A program made the translations under genes and the position numbers. The notes beneath the pieces are model-generated. The model did not search any database. It was not told where the DNA came from and was given only the letters and a program-made list of their open reading frames with translations. From assembly GCA_013265495.1 (NCBI GenBank), contig MU062317.1, forward strand, positions 1,610,229 through 1,674,228: a stretch of DNA of 64,000 bases. The letters are read 5' to 3'. Each line of letters opens with the position of its first letter. Positions within the stretch are counted from its first letter, which is position 1. Below are positions 37,587-48,430 of this stretch, piece by piece. Origin of the DNA: Vicugna vicugna. Taxonomy: Eukaryota.

Positions 37587-37924
37587 CCTCACGACATTAC
37601 AGGCTAGCTCTCCCGGTGGAGCAGGTCAGTTCTGTTTCTGTGGGAAGTGTGCACCTTCGAAATCGGGGGACAGTTTCTCCCTCACACACGTCACCGCGGG
37701 TCTTCCGCGGCGCAGGCACGAGAAGCGAATTCCTCCAGCACGAGGCGGCGTGCGACCCGGACGAGGGGCTGCTCCGCCCCGCAGCCCCTCCGTGGTCCAG
37801 GCCCGGGGGCGAGTCCTCCCGGCCGCGCCCGGGCCTCGTGCCCAGCCTGGCATGCATACGCTGTGGTTAAGGACAGAGTCAGGGGCCATTCACGGACGTG
37901 TCCACGACGGAGAACACGGACGCC

Positions 37925-38012
37925 TCACACGGACTCCTCGGTGGACAGCAGCAGCGGGTTGATGTACTCAAACCCTTCGAACTCCGACTGGTCGATCCTC
38001 TTGATCACATCT
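37925..38012 (-). CDS. PRKCZ: PRKCZ exon 18, coding part (88 nt, [29 protein letters not shown])
   Basis: aPKC hydrophobic motif FEGFEY and C-terminal EESV. Acceptor ttgcag|A, TGA at 37927-37925. Confidence 0.97.
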
Positions 38013-38235
38013 CTGCAAGGGCCGGAGAGAGCAGGGTGGGCGCCACGTGAGACCCCGCCCCCGCCGCCCAGGGTGCCCCGCCCCCCCCCCCCGCCCCCCC
38101 GGGGCCCCCCGCCGCCCCCCCCCCCCNNNNNNNNNNNNNNNNNNNNNNNNNNNNNNNNNNNNNNNNNNCCCGCCCCGCCCCCACGCCCACGCGAGGCTCC
38201 CCGCAGCCCCGCACGCCCCACTCCAGCAGCCTTAC

Positions 38236-38351
38236 TCGTCGTCGGGAGTCAGCTGCACCGGCTCGCTGGTGAACTGCGTATCGAAGTTGTCCAGACCGTA
38301 GTCGTCGGTAATCTGTGGCTGGAAGGGCGGGAGCGCCTGCTTCTTCCCCAG
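38236..38351 (-). CDS. PRKCZ: PRKCZ exon 17 (116 nt, [38 protein letters not shown]; turn-motif Thr at 38247-38249)
   Basis: Acceptor ccccag|CTG and donor GA|GTAAG. Contains the NFD and LTP motifs. Confidence 0.97.
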
Positions 38352-41063
38352 CTGGGGAGAACAACACGGTGGTCAGACTAGTGCGTGCTCCGGCTCTAGC
38401 GCCGGACTTAGATTCTGCACATACTCAACCAGAGTCGAACAGGAAGAGACGGCGTTTAAATACCCTCATGTTTGAATGCCGATTGCTTTTTTCTAGGAGA
38501 AATTTTTTCCGAAGGCAGAAAAGTCCTGAAGAGTGCCGGCAGTGCAAGCCCGTGGGCCTGGTACCTGGGATGCAGCACCAAGGCCAACCGCCTGCGCAGG
38601 AAACCGGCCCCCACCGCAGGTCTGCACCCCCAGCAGCCGGCCACTTACACCAAACGAAGCTGGTTTGGGGAGTTTTACCCTTTGTTAATCTTGGAACCCT
38701 GATCATAAAGGAGCTGGGACTGGGCAGGTGGACCCCCACCCACGCCGGCGCTGGATGCGTCCCTGTCCTGCTGGGACTCCTCCTCCCGAAGAGCAGCCAT
38801 TTCCGACTACATCTCTAATCCCAGAGGGATACACAGCAGTGAACTGCTGGTAAGGCAGGAAATGGGGCTTCTCAGGACCCAGACTCTGGCTTCCAACTCA
38901 CTGTTCACAAGGCTGAGACAGGCTCTGCCCAGGAAGGCAGACTTGGCAGCCCGGGTAAGACGCGATTCAGCGCCATGCCCCCCGGGCCAGCATATTCACA
39001 CAGTTAGGTTCCCTCTCCCTCTCACCGGGTGTGCTGTGCACCTGTGCTGGGCCAGGTGTGCTCCTGAGAACCGAGACTGAGCCATGGCTGAGAGGCACGG
39101 TCCCTGCCCCATGGGGCCCTCATGCCGAGTCTGTTCCTGCCCACAGTAGCCCCGTGAGGCTGGGAGCAGAGGGAATGCAGGAGCCAGCCCTCCCAGGCCG
39201 GACCTGGGCTCTCAGGACTCAGAGCAGCTTAGTTCACGAGACAGACGACCCAGGCCTTTCCCTTGGGAGGTCTGAGTGAGCACTGAGCCTGAAAACACCC
39301 GCCTTGTGGGGCCTCACGCCTTCCATGCCAGGCCCCGCCAGGTGGGAGAGCAGCAGCCAAGTGGAAACTATGAGGACCCCAGCCCACCTCCGCTCACACC
39401 ACGACTTTGCCACGTGGTGAAACTGTGGGGTCGGTGGTGGCGGGCGTAGGGAGGAAAAGCCACCACCCAGGCCTGGGCTGAGCCTGCCATCACCGGCGGG
39501 ACCTCTGAGGGCAGAGGGACCCCAGCCCCATTTTGTCAGAATGCCTCTTCCCCTCCTCTGTCCCCACATCCCCTCTCATCTGCCCGGGAAGCAACCATGT
39601 TCCCCGGCATGACTTCAGTGTAAACACTGTTCGTAAGGAATAAGCCGTCGGTCCGTACACAGCCCATCGACCACTGCCTTCTGTTCACAGGGAGACGTTT
39701 AGTGATGAGATGGGGGCAAGGCCAGCACCAGGCCACACCTGCTAACAGGCAGGGCCAGAAGTGACCAGGTGCCAGCTCAGGAGACGTGGCACCACACCCG
39801 CTGTGGCTCTCTCCGAGGCCCAAGGTCTGGCCGGAGCTGCAGCCGCGGGTGAGGCTCCCGTGCAGGTCCTTTGCAGCTTGGCGGGGTGAACGCCTGCGGA
39901 GCAGCACTGGGGCTGCACTTTGCAGAAGGCCCACCTACCAGGGCCGTGGGCTCTGCCGCAGACTCCACTGGTCAAGAGCTGGGCTGCGGGGGTGGCCTGT
40001 ATGGGGCCTGTGTGGGCCCAGCCAGCAGACAGCCCGGCGTCAGCACCCTCCCCCAGGCCAGGTGTGCCGAGCTGTACCCATAACGATTAGAAACCAACCA
40101 GAACCCGGATTTCTTCTACTTTGTGCTAGCAGAACAATAAAATTACAAGAAAAAAAATCCAAAGCTGGTGTTTTTCAAAGTGGCAATGCTCTGAATATCA
40201 TTTCTGAGTATTTGCATCTAATAACTCCAAGCAAGAAGACGTCTGGTTCTGTTCTGAAACAACCCAGCTGGGCCCTGGATGGGCGTGTGGGTGGGGGCAG
40301 GTGCATGTTCTGACCCCTTGCCTCACCCCCAACTGGGGTCCTAGAACTGAGGGGCCTCGGTGCCTTGGTGCCTGGCTGCCTCCCCCCGCTTCCAGGGCCC
40401 CACAGAAGCACACCCGAAAGTCCCACGGCTGCAAAGGGACAGTGGCGGGAGGGAGTGGACAGGAGCTGCTGTGCCCATGGGGCTGCAGAAGGAAGGGCTG
40501 GGGGAGGGAGCACCCCAGGGCCCAGAGCTTCTGAACTAGTTCCAGCTGAAGTCCAGCGTTTCCTTCATTAGCTATCTGGTCTTTTTTTCCCTCAAAAAAC
40601 GTATTTTAAGGGTTAAAGATCAGTAACTCTGCAACTGTTTCTATGTTTGGAAACAAATTAGGTTCTGTTTTCGTTTAACACCAGAAGCCTTAGCACTAAG
40701 GTCTTAGGGACTCCAGCTCTGAGCTCTCCGGCCGTGACCTGAGCAGGTTCTGGGATACAGAAAGGCGGGTGCTGGGAAACTAACCATGAAACCAAAGCAC
40801 ACGCCCTTGTCTGGGCACTGACTCTGCACAGAACCAGCTGGGATCAAGCACGACCCCCAGGCCCCCGGAGCCGGTGTGGATGTCCAGGCAGGGCTTCCCC
40901 CAGGATCTTCTGGAAGTGCCAGCTCAGGGGCTTGTCACAGCCCCCCACCCTCCCTGTTCTCCATCCAGTATGAGTTCCCCCATCGCTCCCACACCCTCAT
41001 ATCTGTCTGTCCATCCTGCCCCAGGCCCGCCCACCCCGGGGAGCAGATCCTGGGGTGCTTTAC

Positions 41064-41153
41064 CAGGTCCCAGTCTATGCTGCGGAAGAAGGCGTGAGAC
41101 TTGATGTCAGAAAATCCAGTCTGTGGCCGGCAGCCGAGCCTCTCCTTCGGGTC
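41064..41153 (-). CDS. PRKCZ: PRKCZ exon 16 (90 nt, DPKERLGCRPQTGFSDIKSHAFFRSIDWDL)
   Basis: Acceptor ccccag|GAC and donor CTG|GTAAAG. Confidence 0.97.
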
Positions 41154-41285
41154 CTGGGGGTCAGAGTTCAAACAATGACAAGTCAGCACAGAGCAAAGCA
41201 GCCCCCGCTTCACAGCTGGTGCCGGACAGGGAACTGGCCTGCCCTCCCGGTCACTTAAAGGCCTTAAACCATCACTCATCATAGA

Positions 41286-41366
41286 AATGCAGATCTCCGC
41301 AGCGCAGAACCTGGGGAGAGGGTGGCACCCATCCTGAGCGGAGAGAGCCCGACAAGGGACCTGGAC
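41286..41366 (-). repeat. Diverged 81-bp duplicate of the PRKCZ intron11/exon12 junction (source 43894-43974)
   Basis: 73/81 identical by hand alignment, ungapped, offset 2608 bp. It retains the AG acceptor at 41312-41311. Confidence 0.9.
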
Positions 41367-41581
41367 AGATGCTGAGCTGCTTTGCTAAATTCCTCTCTGG
41401 AGTAATTTCTCGTCATCATGTTTTGTCTGGGGTGAGTAAACATTCAAACCCACCCCCAAGATGTCCAGGAGCTGATACCGGAGATGACCAGGGGGTGGAG
41501 CCTGGGCCCGATGCACTGTGAGAAAGGGCTCCAGGCCGGCAGCCCCGGACGGCACGGCTGCCATGGTGGCTGAGAACGTAC

Positions 41582-41661
41582 CTTGTTTAGAAATCCTTTC
41601 AAGACGTGGGATGCCTTGACCGAGAGGAAGCGGGGAATCCGGATGGGCTTCTCCAGGATGA
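41582..41661 (-). CDS. PRKCZ: PRKCZ exon 15 (80 nt, VILEKPIRIPRFLSVKASHVLKGFLNK)
   Basis: Acceptor ttgcag|TC and donor AAG|GTACGT. Confidence 0.97.
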
Positions 41662-42370
41662 CTGCAATGATTGCGGGCGGCGGTGGGAGCCCGTTTCTCC
41701 TCTGTGTGCCCCGCCCCCTCCCCACTGGTCCCTCTGCCCAGCAGCCAAGGGGCTGGCCACCTGCAGGGCTCTTGGAATCCCCCCACCAGGCAGGAGGGTT
41801 AAGCATTCCTGGTGCCCTGAAGCCCCCTTCCTTCACCCCGCAGGGTCTGCAGCCCTCAGAGGGCCCCCATGCACACGGTCACATGTGCCCATGCTCACGT
41901 TTGAACCAAGAGAGGCTCTGCTCGCCCTGCACCCCTGTGTCCGTGGGCACCAGAGGCACTGTGGGGACAGCTGGGGTTCTGGGGCTCAGTCTCCCAGGGT
42001 GGTCAATTCTGGCTCAGGGGCCTAGATGGCAAGAAGCCGCAATGGTGGCTGGAAGGGGGCGGTGCCCTGGCTAAGCACAGCCCCCTGCCCAGGACTCTGG
42101 GGTGCACACCCGGTGCGGGTCGGCAGGGAGCTGGGCTACATCAGGACGAATTCTCTCTCCTGCTCGTGTGAAAAAGCAGTGCCCCCGCCCCATATTGTTT
42201 CCACCCCCACAACCCGGTCATGAGAACAGACAGCCCCCGCCAGTCTGTGGTAGCCGCGGGGACCAGCCTGGGGGCGCTTTCTCCTGCTCCTCTGCAGGGG
42301 GAGAACCCACAGGGCGCGGGAAGAACTGGACACACAGACCAAGGGCGGCAGCCCTGAGCGGCCCACGCAC

Positions 42371-42490
42371 CTTGGAAAAGGTAGTCCTCGGTGTTCATGT
42401 CGGGGTTGTCGGTGATGATGTCGAAGGGGGAGCGGCCGGCCATCATCTCGAACATCAGGACACCCAGGGCCCACCAGTCCACACTGAACC
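42371..42490 (-). CDS. PRKCZ: PRKCZ exon 14 (120 nt, [40 protein letters not shown])
   Basis: Kinase subdomain IX DWWALG. Acceptor ctccag|GG and donor AAG|GTGCGT. Confidence 0.97.
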
Positions 42491-42735
42491 CTGGAGGGGA
42501 GCGCAGGCCATCACGCCGGGCGCGGGCCATGTGCAGCGGCCGCAGGATGGGCGTCTCCTGTTGTCCTGCCGGTCACCGGGCGGCAGGAGCCACGGTTTCC
42601 GTTTCTTGGACCAGAGCTGAGGGTGGGTGTCCCCCAGGCAGCCTGGCCCCGCCGTGTCTACTGTCCTGAGGACGCCTGTCTCTTAGCTAGCAGCCGGGCT
42701 GTGTCACGGCAAAGCCCCCGGGTAGACCAGCTGCC

Positions 42736-42858
42736 CCAAGAGTGCCCGGCCCTGTCCTCCTCCATCACACACGGGACCCCTGCCCCGGCAGGTTCTACCA
42801 AGAGTGCCCGGCCCTGTCCTCCTCCATCACACACGGGACCCCGCCCCGGCAGGTTCTA
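42736..42858. repeat. Two-copy 62/61-bp tandem duplication in PRKCZ intron 13
   Basis: ccaagagtgcccggccctgtcctcctccatcacacacgggacccc(t)gccccggcaggttcta at 42736-42797 and 42798-42858, differing by one indel. Confidence 0.92.
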
Positions 42859-42968
42859 GACTCTGCTCTGGTCCACGGGGATAATGGCAAAGAAAATGTC
42901 TGGAAATATCTGATGGCATATTTGTGACACGCATCAACTGAAAACAAGAGAACCCAAAACTGCGTGGG

Positions 42969-43016
42969 GTGTGCACACGTGCATACGTGTGCGCACACAC
43001 GTGCATACACGCACGT
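42969..43016. repeat. 48-nt perfectly alternating purine-pyrimidine tract (Z-DNA candidate)
   Basis: gtgtgcacacgtgcatacgtgtgcgcacacacgtgcatacacgcacgt read directly. Confidence 0.85.
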
Positions 43017-43346
43017 TCTAATCTCACTCTCATTTCCCTCCTGGAGAAAGAAGGGCAGACGTGCTCCAGGGTCGGCGGGGCTGCAGGTGGTGCTGGCTGA
43101 CCCACCTCTGTGGACAGTCACCGCCTGGCTCCTCCCACAGCCACCGGGCACCGACCCTGGGTTCTGTCTTTGCTTCGTCCTCTCCTTCCCAAGCCCCTAG
43201 GGCTCTGTGATGAGAAGGATCCTGTCCAGTGACCTCCCCGGGGGACACTGAGGTGGACACACAGGACAACAGATGGGGACTGAGGCCAGATGGTGACATG
43301 GGGCTGGGAATGGAGTAAGGGCGTGTGTTTTAGTGTCACTTGGTCA

Positions 43347-44845
<1,499 letters not shown>

Positions 44846-45409
44846 GAGCATGAGTGTGTGGGGGCTACTCTTGATTTATTACTGGCCCCTGGAAAGATCT
44901 CTGGTGACTCACAACACTGCATGGAAGTATCTTCGAGTGAGGAAATGAGGAAAAGAGAAAAGTATGGAAAACAGGAAAGAGCGAGCCATGGAGTGGAAGT
45001 GAACGCCCCGCCCGCCTACGAGGCCCGAGGCTGCAGAGGGGTGAGGACGGGTCAGCTTCCTGAGAGCTCAAACGGTGGTCCTCATCCTCCCGCGACCAAG
45101 CAAACCCTGGCTGAGTGTCCCGGCGGGGCGGGGCGGGGCGGGGCGCGGCAGGACAGCCCCCTATGTCCACGCACGTCAGTTTATAGTCGGAACTTCTCCC
45201 CATTTCGGAAACAGGGAAAAAGCCAACACGGGACAGCGCCTTCCTGCACGCACACCCCCGTCTCTCTCGAGGGGGTCCGAGACCTTCCGGGCTCTGGTGG
45301 GTCACCTGGCAGGAGACGGCCGCGCCGCTCCCCACCCCCAGCCACCTCCCCAGACCCATCTCCCTTCCGACTCACCGCTGGGGCCCAGGGAAGGCCCGCC
45401 CCCACGCAC

Positions 45410-45496
45410 CTGGCGTGCTCCTCCGGAAGCTTCCTCTGCCTCTGCATGTGGAACATGAGGTCACCCCCGTTCACGTACTCGATGACCAAAAACAAC
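45410..45496 (-). CDS. PRKCZ: PRKCZ exon 11 (87 nt, [29 protein letters not shown])
   Basis: Hinge EYVNGGDL. Acceptor ccaccag|G and donor CAG|GTGCGT, phase 2 at both ends. Confidence 0.97.
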
Positions 45497-46909
45497 CTGG
45501 TGGCAGAGAGGGCCGAGGGGGCGGGGATTGCACGCGGCCACTCCAGGGAGAACCATGGGCCTGTCCTCTCTCGCGGGCGGTCACTCCTCCCAGAGGCCAG
45601 AAAGGCAGGGACCCAAGGCCGCCCACCCTGCCCCGAGGTCGGAGGGTATGGCTTAGCTCTGACCCCGACAGGGTCAAATTCAGAAGAGAAACTTTCACTT
45701 GGGCGTTCATTTCATCCAGCACAGTAATTTGCTCTCCCAATGGTGCAAGGCCTACCTTTGGGTAAAAAAAGGTACAAATAAGGCAGAGCTAGTGGCTGGA
45801 GGCCCCGTGGGGGTGGGGAGGGCGCTGTGTGGCCAGGGGGCTGCAGAAGCTCCCTAGGGAGCAGAGGCCTGAATGGTGGTGGGGGTGGGGGCTGCGAGAC
45901 CACCTGGAGGCCCAGGGGACCGGTCATCAGAAGCCGGAAGGGCAGGCCCACGAGCCAGGTGAGGGGGATGACAACGTCTGGCAGTCGGATGACCACTCTG
46001 GCCGCTGTCTGTGTGGACCCCAGGGAGGGGAGGCAGTGCCCAGGTGAGAACACAGGTGGGGCGGCCGGGCGTCCAGGAGAAGAAAGGAGTGGGTGGGACC
46101 CCAGGTGGGACCTGGTGGCTGGAACCCTTCCCGAGCAGGGAGGACAGGGCAGGTCAGGAGCACTGACCAGCCACAGGAGGTCTGCGATGCCAGGCACCCC
46201 TCCTGGAGGAGGCCGGAGGGGCAGCAGGGGTCAGGGTGGGGCTGGCGTGGGGTCGCTGACATCTCCTGGACGCACACAGGGCCCTTCAGGTCTCCAAACA
46301 GTTCACCACGTGGTTAATTTCCTGATAAGCTCCTTCTCCCATTTAATAAGGCTTCGTTTTCAAAATTAAATTCACACACAACTTTCCAGAAATACCCTGC
46401 TGAGGGCAGTTCGTGGATTTTAGGTCAACAGCTCCTCTGGGGCATCGTCAGCTCCATGGTGCCCCAGGCAGGGAGGGAGGTGGTGGGGGCACCCTGTAGG
46501 CTCCCTGGCCCCTCCAGCCCCTCCGGGTGCCAGGCCGTCTGCGTGGAGAGCCATCGGTGACACCCCGGACGGAGGGCAGAGGCCCCCTTTATACAGAGCA
46601 GGTGAACAAGCTGCAAACCACTCCCAAGTCCCACTGTGCATTTAGACCAGAAACAAGCTCCTAAACATGTGAACAGCAGAGATGGAGACAGAAGCCTGAG
46701 CGCTGGGGGACAGCCAGAGACTCCTGGCTTGGAGGAACCCAGCTCGGCTGAGGAGGGCGGCCCCTCTGCTTGGAGAGGCTGCAGGAGCCAACCCTTCCAT
46801 GGGCCCGCCTCTCTGTGAGTGAGTTTACTCTCATACGTCGTGCCTGCAGCTGCCTTCACGCAACAGCAGAGGTGAGAGATGGAACTTCACAGGCCTGGTG
46901 CAAACAGTG

Positions 46910-47095
46910 AGGACCAACGACAGCTGGACACTGACTGCCAGGCACATTCTGACACGTGCGCACGTTCAATCCCGGCAGCCATCCTGGAGGAAGTGCTATG
47001 AAGGTCCTCAACCCCTGTGAAGAGGCCTCAGACCTCACAGTGAAAAAAAAAGCATTTATTCAAAACTCTGTGACTCCAAAGCCCGGGATGATATT
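46910..47095. mobile_element. Possible MIR fragment
   Basis: acagctggacactgactgccaggcacattctg...ttcaatcc...tgtgactccaaagccc resembles MIR. It is highly decayed. Confidence 0.35.
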
Positions 47096-48149
47096 GTCCA
47101 CAATTACCAGGAACCACACTCCCTTCAGGCATCTGCCCGAGATGTTCACCCAGAAAGGGGTGGTGGCCGCCCACGCAGGGACAGAAAGGAACATCACTCC
47201 AGAGAAAGGAGAGACACTGATGCTGGGGGACAACACCAACACAGCGTCCTGGGGGCAGAAAAGCCTCAAGGGGGCATTTAAGAGCCTAGAAAAGCAGACG
47301 CAACAGTAGTGCCTTTGTGCCCAGGGGACAGCCCGTCAAGGGGATTTTAAGAGCCGCATCTCTGTGAGGCGACACGGGGACCCTCGGCTGGTCCGCACGG
47401 GCTCCCGGGCTCCTAGGTCTCGGTAAGTCTCTGACCGGGGAACTCATTTAATGTGCACCACGTTTGAGCTTCAAGAACAGGGCAGGACGTCTTTTCTTTT
47501 TAAAGCAGAAAGTCCTGTGTATCTAAGGGCTTTTTTTCTTCCGTTCTACAGTTCAGCGTTAGTACTACCGTCAACCATTCTTCTGAGCAAAACCCCAGCA
47601 GGGCCATCAGGTGCTGACTGACTCTGAGCACGTTGCTTTGTGTGACTCAGACGACCTGGCTGCTGTGACCAAACACCCAGAGGCCCAGGGCTGAGCTCCT
47701 CCATCTCGGGCCCCCGTGTCCTGGCACGCCAGCTCCCGGGTGGCATGGCCACAGCCCGCCTCCCCCCTGGCTCCCCGCTGTTCCCTCCCGCCCCTGACAC
47801 CCCCGGCCCCTCGAGGTGCGAGCCGACAGTTTGGAACGCTAGCGTGGTTGGGTTCGGCTTCCCCGACACCAGGGCGGCCCGCGGCAGCAGGCGCTGCACT
47901 CACAGCGCGGACACCAGAGGCACTCCCTCGGGGTCGGGACGGGCACAGGTGTGCCCACAACCCCCAGCCCCCAAACGCCGCAGGTCCTGGCGAGGTCGTT
48001 AGAGAAAGAAATGAACGCAGGCATCGGCTGGGGGGGGGCGACAGTGTCACTGCTCATCCAGAAACCCAAGAAAACCCCCTGAAAGTGACTGGAGGAAGAG
48101 TTCGTGAGGCAACGGGCACCACGCTGCTGCCACAGAAGGAAAGACCCTC

Positions 48150-48430
48150 CCTCACGTAGAAACAGAAGAGAGAAACACGCAGGACAGAAGTTAAGCGAGG
48201 AAGTGAAAAATCAGCACGAAGGAAACTTTAAAATCTGAAGGAGCAGGAGAGACGGGTAACCACGTGCCTGAGGAGGAAGCGCCTGCAGTGTCAGGACGTC
48301 TGTTTTCCTCAGGTGATTCGTAAACTTAACAAATCCCAACCAAAATGCAGCTCCTTTCCCTTCTGGAGCTGGACAGGTCGAGCCTAAGGTCCACACGGAG
48401 AAGAAAAGCGCGAAAAGGAAATCAAGCAGC
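48150..48430 (+). mobile_element. Decayed L1 ORF2 fragment
   Basis: ggagagacgggtaaccacgtgcctgaggaggaagcgcctgcagtgtcaggacgtctgttttcctcaggtgattcgtaaacttaacaaatcccaaccaaaat resembles the L1 ORF2 block aaatggagagatataccatgttcatggattggaagactcaat... Confidence 0.55.
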
